A program made the translations under genes and the position numbers. Below, piece by piece: positions 25,302 to 37,353 of a DNA stretch of 64,000 nt. The stretch's first letter is position 1. Every line of letters begins with the position of its first letter. The DNA is taken from assembly GCF_021028975.2 (NCBI RefSeq), contig NC_059425.1:81964001-82028000 (forward strand). Direction: 5' to 3'. This stretch comes from Sphaerodactylus townsendi. Its lineage: Eukaryota. The notes under the pieces were generated by a model, which saw only the letters and a program-made list of their open reading frames with translations, had not been told where the DNA came from and did not search any database.

Positions 25302-26114
25302 CTATAGCATTATATACTCTGTTGAGGTGCCTCCCAAACCCTACCCCTTCCCAGGTTCCACTCCCAAATCTCCAGGAATTTCCCAATCTGGAGATGGAAG
25401 CTCTGACTGGGGAAAAGCCTTGAATGTTCAAAAAAAAATGTCCAGTTGAGAAAGGTTTAAATTTCATTGCAAATATTTTCTACATGTAAGTTCTTACTGT
25501 GCAATTCAAAGTATGTACACTCAGAAGTAAATCCCATTGAGTTCAATGGGATTTACTCCCTGCTTTCCCACAGAGCTTTGACTCCTTCCTCCACCCACTC
25601 CTTCCTCCTCCCACCCACCCAACAGAAACTGAATTAACTTTCCAAAGGTTTCTTGGTTATTTCAATCCTGCTGGATGGTGAAGGAAGTGGTATGGCTTCT
25701 GCTGTATTCCAGCCTTGTCCATTTTTCATGCCTCAGTGGGACCTGGGTATGTTAACGGAGTATTGTAAATTGATTTGTAAATATTTTGCATGTTCTTTAT
25801 TATTATTATATATTACTCCTTTAGTTTGTGTTGCTGTATTAATTATTCCATTCTCTGTTACTTATTGGGCATGTTTAGCTGGAGAGAAAACTGGCATTGT
25901 GAATAAGGTGAGTTTGATTTTTGAAAATGTAATTTGCAAAAATTGAATCATGCCCAGTAAGTAATGGACAATTGAACTAACGGAATAATATGTAATAATA
26001 AAGGAGTCGCATGTAATAACTAAATGTGGAGTGTAAACTATTGTTTCATTACATATTTTGCTTAAAGACTGAGACTGAGATTCAAAAGGTTTTTTCAGGC
26101 ATGCTCAAGACTTG

Positions 26115-26396
26115 GGGCCTTTCCCCACTTACCTTAAGCCCCGCGCTACTCTCCTCAAGTAGCGTGGGGTCCCTGGGCACTCCCCACGACAGGGGTGGCG
26201 ACAGCACAGCCGCCCCGATGCTGCCGCTGTCGTGCCCCCTCAGCGCGCAGCATCCCTGGCGCTCTTGTAAACGGTGCCTTTTGATGACCCCACGCAGAGC
26301 ACGGGGTCGTGGGGATGCCCGGGCACGCACCAGGGATGCCGCGCGCTGAAAGCAGCGCACGGCATAGGGGGGATCGGGGTGAGTGGGCAAACGCCC
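26115..26396. mobile_element. GC-rich Harbinger-type MITE
   Basis: TIR gggcctttccccact / agtgggcaaacgccc, 3-bp TSD TTG; second copy at 39816-40076. Confidence 0.85.
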
Positions 26397-28693
26397 TTGG
26401 ATATGTCCAATGGGAATTTGAATTTTTCTTTCAATCTTCTACTGTATCACAAACTATGCTTGATAGCCCCTCAGAAAGTGGTTGAGCACTGGGCCTGGAC
26501 CCAGCCTTGAACTGCACTCCCATCCTTGAACTCCTCATGGAGTTGCGGGAGGCGCTGTTCATGGCTGGGCTCATTTGGGTCTTGCTTTAAACTTTGGGCA
26601 GCTTTAAACTTTGGACTCTGCCTTGAAGTTCACAGTTTAAAGCTGGACCCAGCCAGGTGGAGACCAGCCTTGAACTGCAGTCTCTGCACACATGGAGCTT
26701 CAGAGGCAGAGTCAGCAGTTTAAAGCTGATCCTGGGGGTGGTCCAGCTTTAAACTGAGTCTAGTTTTAAACTGCAGGCTTCAGAGGTGCAGCCCACAGTT
26801 AAAAGCTTGAGATGGCCGTGCCCACCATGAACTGCCCCCAATTCTTGATGGAGTTGGGGGTAAACTGGATAATGCTTGACATGGATCCAGCCTTGAACTT
26901 CACATCCTGCCCCCAAACTCCACATGGAGTTAAGGGGCAAGTGCAGCTGACAGTCAGGGGAGTCTCTGGGGTGGGGATGGGGCATTCAGCTGCTTGATGT
27001 CCCCCTCAAACAGCACCCAGAACACAAGCCTTGGCTTGCCCCACCCTAGATATGCCAGTGACAACACACTAGGGGAGTACTGGAAATGATACTCCTAAGC
27101 AAGCTCAGAAGTGTCAATCTACCAGAGAGCATGAGATCTGTAGTTCTGCCTTCTGATTCAATTCAAGTCTAAATGAGCTCTCCTGGCAAGAGAGCCACCA
27201 CTCAAGAGTAAACGTTCTACTTTACAAGATGGAAAGGAAGATACAGTTCCCCATTTGTCTTTCCATGCTTTCTTAGAAAAAGCTCCTTGAGATTCATCCA
27301 AGGAAAGCTTGATAACAACCAACACATTCTGAGGTGAGTTAAGGAGACAGTCCCCATCGCTAGTTCGTAATGGTTTAGTAAAAATAGAACAGAGTTCCTA
27401 AAACTGGCATATAATAAATGGCATTCAGAATGGGTTTAGCTGAATGAAGCATAGATGAGTCTAGTAAATTGCCCCCATAATCATAGGACTTCAGCAGAAA
27501 ATTGGTTCTACTGCTTAGAGGTATATATTAATGATAACTTTGAAATGTAAAGGCTTTAAAATGCTACTTTGCAAAAGTACCATGTAAAAATATAAGAAAA
27601 GTTTTGCAGAACTATTTGCTGGTTTTCTTTGGAAGATATTTATTGTGCCCAGTATGAACTAGTAATTAAGGGATTTATTAGGGAAATATCTGGTGTTCTG
27701 GACCTGACCCAACCAATGCACTTTCAGCTCTGTTTGAGATAGTGATTTATTTCCAGAGTGTAAAAGGTGCACCCTAAAATGTGCAAGTGGTAAGTTCCCT
27801 GGGCACATGTCATACATGGAGAAACTGAACCTCTTTCTGATGGACAATCTTGAGGACAAAAAAGGACATTTGTGCATCTTTTCATATATAAAGGTTTGCA
27901 TTATTTTCTGTGTTCAGAAAAGTTGTGCTTTGAATTAGCCAAACTAAGAAAGCTGAAGTTAAATTCCCTTCTTCCTTCCTATGTGGGGTTGTGAATACAT
28001 ACAATTTACCTTTTATCGATAGGTGGAGATCCATGACTTTTGTCATGACTGTGTGCCCGAAAGCATCTGGCTGCCAAAGTCCTTGCACAGTGCTAGGTAA
28101 CTACTAATAAATGGCCATCTGTGATTACTCGTAATATTTCAGGTATCGCTTTGAGGACAAGCACATAATAAAAATGGCAAAACTCTTTGCTAGTGAAAAG
28201 ATTAGACAAATAATTGATGCATAGTTGCTGAGCAGAAAACTCACGAAGTCAATCTGGTGCATGTGCACACCTGTGGGTCAAGGCTAATATATGTTGTTGA
28301 CAAATCCATTGCTGTTGGATCAGGTGAAGTATCCAATTTTAGAGAACTTTTCATTAGGTCAAATGAAAGCATCAGTTTTAGTTCTTAAAAACCGGTTATG
28401 AATACAAACACTTCCTGTCACTTCAGGACTTAGTGAAGTAGCCACAGAGCTTTTAGGGTTCACACAGAAAGTACATTAGACAGTAGGAAAAGTCAGATAA
28501 ATCTATTTGAATGACTCAGCTGATCAAATTCTCTAGTCCACTCAATGTCCTTTGCCTGCAGGAATCCTCAGGCCTACTAAATGCCAAACTGAAACTGGAG
28601 TAGCAATCCTGTGACTTCGGTAGCTTATAGCAATGAGGCTGAACTGTGCAGTAATAGTGACATCAACACTTTTCACATAACAGAAAGAACAGG

Positions 28694-29600
28694 TATAACA
28701 AACCTCCCTCCACTGGTATCCCGCCCTGCTGCGGGGTGCTGCCAAAGGGAGGGTTGAAGGGGAAAAAAATTAAATTATTTTTGGACTTTCTGCCAGTTCT
28801 TAATTATTAATGGCACACGAGAGGCTTTTCTTTTAGAAAACAACGAAACAAGAATTTATTTACAGAAGAGAGTCAAAACTGTTCTTTTAAAAATTCACAG
28901 TAAAACATAAGCTATGCACATTACGTTGTTCTTAGAACTGTCCCTACACTCTTTAATGAGACTTTTGGCTTATCATTTTCCCTCAGGTAATTAAGCTTCC
29001 CACAGGTTACACACACAATGCCATACAGTCTCCCCTCTGGAGTGCCTGTCACACACACTGGACAGCACAGGGAAAGCGTCAGGATTTTCTGCCTAAACTA
29101 ACAAAAAAAACCCCCTCCTTCCTCTACATTTACTACACCCTCAGGAGCTTCACTGCATCCATCTCTGGGTGGGTCTCTCTCTCTCTTTAGAGATATGTAG
29201 ACTAGCTCCAGTGGCGGGATTCAAATAATTTAACAACCGGTTCCGGTGGTGGGATTCAAATAATTTAACAACTGGCTGTTTACAAGCACCATTTTGACAA
29301 CCGGTTCTGCTGGTGTGAACCTGCTGAATCCCACCACTGACTAGCTCCCTTAGTGTGTTTCGCTAGTGTGACTGTGGTCTGGTAAATTTTCAAGACCCTC
29401 AGCTCAGAAAACTACATCTATTTCTGGCCTTCTGGGTCTCTTTGCCTCTACCCTTCTCCCTCAGGAACACACACCCTCTAGCCTTTTATAGACAGCTGCA
29501 GCAACAGCCAGCCAATCAGGTGGAGTTCTCTCTTAACCCTTTATGGGTCTGAAGTTTCTAAAGCTTTCTGGAGTCTAAGTCTCTTAATCCATAGAAGCAC
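28694..29600 (-). mobile_element. Possible solo LTR
   Basis: On -: CCAAT-box region (about 29511), TATAAAA (about 29484) and AATAAA (about 28856) in LTR order; termini and TSD not resolved. Confidence 0.35.
29209..29339. mobile_element. hAT MITE
   Basis: Perfect 8-bp TSD ACTAGCTC; TIR cagtggcgggattca / tgaatcccaccactg; internal tandem duplication of the left end. Confidence 0.92.
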
Positions 29601-30004
29601 TACTGGCTGTAGCATGGCCACAGTGGTTTAATAACTTCAGCAGTCTGATAAGTATAGTCACTGAACTATAAAAAGGAGCAATTCACCTGCCTGGCCACCA
29701 GTTCAGAGCATGCAAAAAGACGTGTGCAACCTCTGAGAAGCATCTTGAATAATCACTCTTTCTATTCACGGGAACCCCTTGGCTTTTCTGGGCATAGTTC
29801 CAGTTATCCTGCTATTTTACTTTTGCAGTGTAATCCTCAGATTGAAAGGAGCTGATTTATGATTCAGACGTTAGTGCATGAATGGAGCCCCCCCTTTTGG
29901 ATTATGCAACTTTAAAAAATGGTACCCCACACCTACAATCTAGAGTAGTTCAGTCCAGGTTAACTCTATGAATCTATGATTCTATTATGTTCTATGATTC
30001 TATT

Positions 30005-30100
30005 ATGTTGGGAGTGCTTTGATTATGTATTTCTGCATTGCAGGGGGGTTGGACAATGGGCCTTGTGGTCTCTTCCAACTCTATGATTTTATGATTTTAT
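30005..30100 (+). mobile_element. CR1 3' end
   Basis: ggggttggac...cttccaactctatgatt tail, with (TATGATTC)-like repeats also just upstream. Confidence 0.7.
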
Positions 30101-30210
30101 TCAGTGAGTATTTGGAGGGGCAAAGGCCAATTTGCTGTCAGTGATCTAAACCTTTATTCAGCATCCTTGATTACACAAATGGAGCCTACATTTATTCAGT
30201 TATTTATTAA

Positions 30211-31204
30211 CTAGCGGGTCCCGGCCACATGTTGCTGTGGCTTATTGTGGTGAAATGGAAAAGGAACAGTAGCAGCAAATCAATTGCAGAGGCCAGCAGT
30301 ACGTGCTCATACAGACACGCAGCCTGATACTGTGTGATGTCATTGATGTGTGTGCCCGCATTCCTTGGGGGGGGGGGAATGGAAAGGCACCCCTCCCACA
30401 CATCTAGGCTGGCTGGTCATGATCCTTTACCTGGGAGTAAGTTTGGTTGGTGGCAATGGGTGTCGCTTAAACTGAGGGAAACCCTCTGAGGGGGCAAGTA
30501 CAACTTGCCATTAGCCATTCAAAGTATGTCACGGTTGCTGTACCAAGCTTACTCATGAGTAATGCATGCCTGGTTTTCTTAACTGTAACTGCAGTATTCA
30601 GGGAATCTAGGGTGCCTGGCCCCTCCCTCCCATCCCTTGCATGTCACCCCTCACTCTCTTCCCTCCCTCACTTCTCTTCCCTTGCATGCCACCCCTCCCC
30701 CTCCTTCCCTTCCCTTCTCCTCCGCTAGGGTTGGTGGGTCATATCAAGATGCTGGACCCCCTACCTCCCCTCCCTTGCATGCCACCCCTCACTGTCTCCC
30801 CTCCCTCCCTCTCTTCCCTTGCATGCCACCCCTCCCTCTCCCTCCCTTCCCTCTCCCTCATGTGTATGTGTGTGTATGTGTTTCACTTCCACTCAAGTTA
30901 CTGCCTATGTGCTGTTTCCACTGCTCATATCTGGCCATCTGAGTGAATATTCTAATCAGCATGAACGGAATTTCCTTAAGGATGTGACCCAGTTACACAC
31001 AGGCAGCTGCATGTCCTTCACCATGGAGCGCCAGGAAAAAGGCATTTTACCTGGGCCAGGTGTGAAATTTCAGGTATGTGAACATCTAAAAACACTCTCG
31101 CCTGGCTGACTATAGTGGCTGGGAATTTTCAGAGGAATTGGCCCAGCAGTTACTGAGTTATACTATCATCAACAAAAACACTGTTAGCTTTTTATATATA
31201 TAGA
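30211..31204 (-). mobile_element. Non-autonomous Helitron
   Basis: On -: 5' TCTATATATATAAAAAG, 3' hairpin gccaca-gcaaca-tgtggc about 15 nt from the terminal CTAG, inserted between A and T, no TSD. Confidence 0.88.
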
Positions 31205-31796
31205 TTTGTTTATTTAAGGTATTTATATTAAAAGTATTAACTGCATGCTGTTGTGTGCATGCAGATGGCTATACTGAAGGGGTAAAGGTAAAAGCTAATA
31301 TTTTGCAACCCCCTTATTCTCATGTTCACTCTGTGTGTGATTTTTGTTTGAATAGTAGTATGTAGATTCAGCTTTAAATTAATATTTTGACAATATGGTA
31401 ACAGACCATTCCTGGAATGTGTCCCAGAAGAGCTGAAATCTGTAAATCTGTAACATGTGCCTCAATGTCACTGTCACTCTCTCTCTCTCTCTCTCTCTCA
31501 CTCTCTCTCTCTCACTATTGCCCTACTTTGCTTCTGCCTCCCAGCATAGCAGGTGGCCTGGTTGCTTATCCCAAGGGGACAAGCCATGGATTCAGCACCC
31601 TTTCCATCTGAGCCCCTGACCTTCCCAGTTTGTAAGCAAGTAAGCTGCCTGCAAGAGGAATGGCCTAGGCTTCTGCTTCTTGCAATTGCCCTCCCTGCAG
31701 CATATATAATCAGGCACCTTCCACCAATCAGGCACCTTCCAGCAGAGCAAAGCAGCTTATTCTAAAAGAACTCTTGTTTATAGAAATCAAACTTAC

Positions 31797-31864
31797 CTTT
31801 CAAACCAGAGGCACAGGGCAATGAAAGACAGTGGAAATACTATCCACAGACATACAAGATGAAC
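31797..31864 (-). other. Candidate exon of a - strand transcript
   Basis: cagacag| ... aaag|gtaagt; open frame VHLVCLWIVFPLSFIALCLWFE (hydrophobic). Confidence 0.3.
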
Positions 31865-33505
31865 CTGTCTGACTGAATGATATATATGTCAGATACAGAT
31901 TAGCTGAATTACTGTATTCCTACACTGCCCTTCCCATTCCCTACATAAACAAGACAATGAAACTAGAGAGTGTGGTGCCAGAATAACATCCAAAGGTTTC
32001 TGATTGCATTCAGATATCTGAAATAATGCTATTCAGATTGATTGATTTATAGTCCATTTTTCTCACTATGACTCAAGGTGGATTATAGTGTGCTAAACAA
32101 TGCAACCATACAGCATTTAAGATCTAATAAGCAATACAATAAGACTGAGATTACAAAATTAGAAGTGTTACAAGAAAAGTATCAGATGATCCATCTCTAA
32201 AGGGAAAAATAGAATTAGAAAAGTTTATCACATTTTAGTAAGAGTGGGATAATGCATACAATAAACAGTTAATGCTATAAACAATGGCAAGGACTACCAT
32301 CTATGTAAAAGCTCCTTCCTGAACCATTCCACTACTACTGTAACTCTATGTTTCTTATAAAAATGCCATCCTGAACCATTCTGTTCCGCATGGTTTTCAG
32401 AATGGGAAAGTCTTGAAACATCTGTGATTTTCACAGTTGGGCCACAACATGTATGGGTTGCTTATCTGCTTCCCTGAGGCTGGTTCCCAAGGGGACAAGC
32501 CACAGAATTCTTTCCGTCTGAGCTCCTGACTCCTTTCCATCTGAGCTCCTGATCTCCCCAGTTTTCCAAGAAGCAAGCTTCCTGTGAGAGAAATGGTAAT
32601 CTTATCCATTTGCAGGGTGACATTTTTAGAAGGCGTTGCTAAACATAACTAGGGAGGCAGTCCTGCATCTAGGATTTATGGATGGGCATGTTTTGGGTAA
32701 TTTCTTGATTAGTATATTTCCAACTGCTCATGTCTAGTGAGAATGCAGTAATGAAAGTAGTGCGCTGATGAGGCAAACCACCGATACATCTAGTCTAGCA
32801 GCCAGTCTGCTTCCCTGAGGGGACATTACACAAAGGCTAATACATTTTCCTGATGCTCCTCCTTGCATTGGTATTCAGAGACATACACAATGATAAAAAT
32901 GATACACATCAGAAGAAAAATGTTGGAAAGCCCAGATTAGGTTTCATTGACTGAGAGGTCAATGTTTTATTTATCTTCAACGTGTGTGAAGGCTTTAAAA
33001 AATGGACTTTTAAAAGCCAAAGAAGGTTTAAAGGCCTTCTTATACTTTTAAAAGCATTACACTTTAAATTGCTATCGGTACCCTGATATGGAATGAGAAT
33101 ATCCTCCACATTCTGAACTGGAAGTTATAGATAAAAGGAATTAGTAAATTGGGGTTATTTATAAAAAGACCCAGAAGATCAAAATATTTACCAATTCAGA
33201 CTTAGAGGGTTTTTTAAATTCTACATTCTTTAATTCTACAGTCCTTATGGAAATGATATCAAGATAACATGCACTGCACTTAAGATCAGGATGTGAGTAA
33301 ACTATTAAACCATCATGTTATGATAATTCTCAAACATGCAGAACATAAATTTCTATTGTAGTTATTGCTGCAAACTCTCAGCAATTTTCAAAGGGGAAGC
33401 TTATTGATATCAAAAGTACATTAGAAATAAAGGAAATATTTTTCATCACATCTTATAAATTACCAAGCATTTCTCTGTGGTCCGTCCCCCAACTTTCCAT
33501 CACAG

Positions 33506-34000
33506 GCCATTTCCACACAGCCAAAATATTCTGGGGTGAGCAAGAAAAATATCCCTGTGCAGCCAAGAATTCCGCACAGTTCCCAGTGCTAACACGGGCC
33601 TGCCCTGGTGTTGCCCCATGATATTTAACTTACCCCAGGATTTTCAAAAATCTCCAGTTTGGAGGTTATTTTTAAAAATTCGGTTTGTGACCCTGCTTGT
33701 GACTGCTACTGTGCAAAAACCAATCGGGAACAGGATTGGTTTATTTTTTCCTGCCCAGCCACTGTGTTAGCTATTTCATTCAAGCTGCCACTCGAAAACA
33801 ACATCCAATCAGAACATGGGACATGGGGCATGCTCAGAGGTGCTTGCAGTTGCCAGTCAAAAACAACCAATCAGAACACGGGACACTGGGCATGCTCAGA
33901 GAAGCTTCCAAAGTAAATAGAGAAGCCCTGTGCTCAGACGGAACAGATAGGAGCATTTCCTCCCGGTTCTAACTCTTCTCCTTTGAAGATGTGGGGAGCC
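33506..34000. mobile_element. Old Harbinger-like MITE
   Basis: Degenerate TIR ggccatttccaca / tgtggggagcc; internal tandem ccaatcagaaca.gggaca..gggcatgctcaga units. Confidence 0.4.
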
Positions 34001-36267
34001 ATGCAGAAGAAACATGGATAAATTAGACCCAGTATGTAAGACCCCAGTTCAAACCTGGTATAATTGTGTCTTGTGGAAATGACCTCAATATCCCAGAACC
34101 TGAGCCAGGCCCCACCACACATGGATATTTTAGCTCTTTCACACACATTCTTTCTGCATACTACTGCCTCCTTTGCTGTTCAAATGCTCCTACTTCCTCC
34201 CTTATTATCCTAGTTCTGCACTACCTGAGCTGGGGCAGACATTCAGGCCCAATCCTGTTCTCTCCTCTTTTGTCCAAACATCAGCAGTAGCTTCTGTTGC
34301 CAATGGGAACTGAGAAATTGTTGTCATAATATATGATCATTGTATTATTGACAAAAATTATAAGAACATTTTTTCTCTGAAAATGTGGATGTATATTGAT
34401 CCTACTAATTATTTAGTTCAAAACGCTTTCCTGTCAGCAGTTTTTTTATTGACAAGAGTCTTTGTCGCCTTCAGTCCAATGATTCTTTTGATATCCAAGT
34501 CAGTGAGAGATTTTTGACTAATAGTGAAATCCATGCATTATTTTGAATGATTGAGTTGGATATAAAAAGGTGTAAGATGAGCATGAGTGCAACAACTCTA
34601 GCTTAAGCAGCATGAAATCTAAGACAGTTTTGACAATTTCACGATGATACTTTATTGCATTCAACATATATGAAAAAGATTTATAGACACATGGGGCAAA
34701 GAAACTACAATTCTCAGGACAAAGTGTGAACTGATCTAGTCTTGGATAGTTTGGCAGCCATTAATGGATACTGGGTGAAGCGGTCATGAAACACATAGAA
34801 ACACCTAAGTAGTAAGTCTCAATTTTAAACATCCAGTGCTATTATTTCTTTTCAGTATGTGCTTTTTAATAATTTAAAGGAACAGGTGGCAAATATAATG
34901 GTGATTGGAATCATCTGAAGCAAAGTGTGTAATTCCACATGCCCAATAATCTTTTTTCCACAATTTTTCACATTCTAGTTTGGGCAGTATGTTAAACATT
35001 TGACTCCAGTGATCATTAACTCTGAGCAGGATGTAAGCCAAACTGGCAAGCACCATTCTCACTACTGTTGCCATACTTTTGGAGATCATTCTGAATGGTG
35101 TAATTCAGTCTAATGAGAACAGTCGTGATAAATAGTGTACTTTAAAAACTACTATGCTAAATGAGACATTTTTGAGGAAGGAGGAGAGTTGATTGGTGAG
35201 TTTAGATAAGTTCCCTCATTTAATTTTTCTCTTCAAGAATGGGCAAATTTTTGTGTGTAGTAGGATCTGCTGCTGCTTTTGGTCTGATACTTTCTCTCTG
35301 CTGTTAGACACCACTGTCCTCCTCATTCTTACCTTGGCTGTCTGTAGAATTTGAGCAACAGAATAGCATCTCATCCACCCTTCCCCATTTCTCTGTGACA
35401 TTAGAGCAGTTCAGCCAATTACTGCCAGAGCTTGCAGTTCCACCATCACCATCTTCAAGAAGCCAATGAATCATTAGCCTAGACTGCTAGATCCCAAGTG
35501 TGTTTATGTATGATAGCATTCTCTCAAAGTTTTACATCCATGAAATACTCACATAAAGCCATCTCAATTGTTGCAGAACATGAGCTAAGGATAGATATGG
35601 AACCAAAAGCCAATTGCTTCCTGTGAACATTGACGCTTTCACAGCACTTCTGACAAATGGGCCCCTGAAGAATTGTGATAAGATGCAGCCAGCTATGAAC
35701 AGACAATCAAACTGGTTCTTAATCTTGGTTGCTCTAGATTGACTCACTGATTTTTTTAAAAAAAAATTACATAAATGGCCTTTTGTACTGTTGCACATAC
35801 ATGATCTGCATCAGTTAGTAGTATTTCTTGTAACTTGCATTTGACTGAAAACATGTACATCACCGGGAAATCTTTACCAACTGTTTTATAGGAAATGCAC
35901 TTTTAAAACCAAAGTTTCAGCAGTTATTAGAATGGTCAAAGATTATTTATTCAAGATGACAGCATAAATGTTGTTGTTATCTGAAGCCAGATGTAATAAT
36001 GATAAACCGTTGTCATCACATACACACACATCTTGGACTTTGACTCAAAGTTTAATTTATTTTCACATGATTGTTTTATTCAGCATATCCTCTTCCTTGT
36101 TGCACGTAACGTAAAATTTTGCCAAAGCTTCCCCACAGAATTTCTAAAATCCAAATTTCTTAGCTTAAATAGAACCACCAAAAACAAGATCACACATTTG
36201 TTTGAATGATCTGGATATTTTAAAAAAGTACTGTTTCCTTCCTGCCGTCATTTCTGGCACCACTATT

Positions 36268-36356
36268 TTATTCGCATTCTCTTCTTAAGACGGTTAATAT
36301 TTCATTTTTTGTACGCACCAATGTGTTCATGGGGAGTCTGCCTTTGGCATGATGAT
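36268..36356 (-). other. Candidate terminal coding exon, - strand
   Basis: Acceptor gttcttacag|; phase-1 frame (D)HHAKGRLPMNTLVRTKNEILTVLRRECE*; phase-compatible with 43343-43443. Confidence 0.3.
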
Positions 36357-37353
36357 CTGTAAGAACTCTCAGTCTCAGATACCTTGTTGTATCATACACA
36401 CGATAGCCTCAGTGTGAAATTATTATTTTTCTTCTGTGACATTTCAGTTTTCATCAAAACTTGATTCAGGAAAATATATTTTAAATCCACGCCTTCTTTC
36501 AAGATTAGAAGAATAAGAGTTAACCAATTTTATATGCATGTGTTCTGCCTTGCAACCAACTTAACTTTTTTGTGCCATAGACTTGCCTTTATGCTTTGTT
36601 TTTTGCTTTTTCCAAAGCCATCGCAGGGAAGAGCAGAGAATGCAGGCAAAATGTGTCCTTTCCCATTGCTTTGCTTTTCCCTGTATTGTGTGACGTTGGG
36701 GCATGACATGGGGTATAATGGAGGGAGCTTTGTTGCTTATGCTCTAATTCTGGCAATAGAAGTCTAAATGCTTATGCCTGATGCTGTTTCATGATAAATA
36801 AATCAACTGAATACAGAGTATCATGACTGAACAGTCCAGGGGCACAACAGTGCTCCTGGAACTAGTGGGTGGCCTGGCCATAGGAAAACCAGATCTTTCC
36901 CTCCTTTCTTCCGTCTGTCAGGGGGGCAGGGGGGACCTAGCCCAGCCTTCTCTCTTCTGCCCTCCACCTTGCTTCTTTACCTCACCTTGCCAATGGGGAG
37001 GAGAATGCACAGCAGATTCCTGCCTCCTTTCTCTGCCTTACCTTCGTCTCGGGAGAAGAAGGAAGACTGGCAGTAGTTTCCTGTGGTGTGTCTCACCATG
37101 GTGCAGAGGCCAAGAAGGGCAGGCAGATTAGACAGGCAGCAGCTTGTCCATGGCATGCTCACCTTACCACTGTGCCTCACCTTGCTGCCGAGGGTTAAGG
37201 AAGGTGGCCACAGCTTTTTGCTTTGTTGCGGAGGACAAGAGGGCAGACAGTGGCTTTTCACTGCTCCTCAATGTAGGGGAAGAGGAGTGGTCGCTTCCTT
37301 GTGACATGCAGCAGTGGTGGCAAACCTATTCACTGCCCAGGGCACCAAAGGTC

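Noticed and set aside
34874-35798. - strand ORFs or exons near 34.9-35.8 kb
   Set aside because: They need a 69-nt intron with a poor acceptor; more likely UTR or intron sequence.
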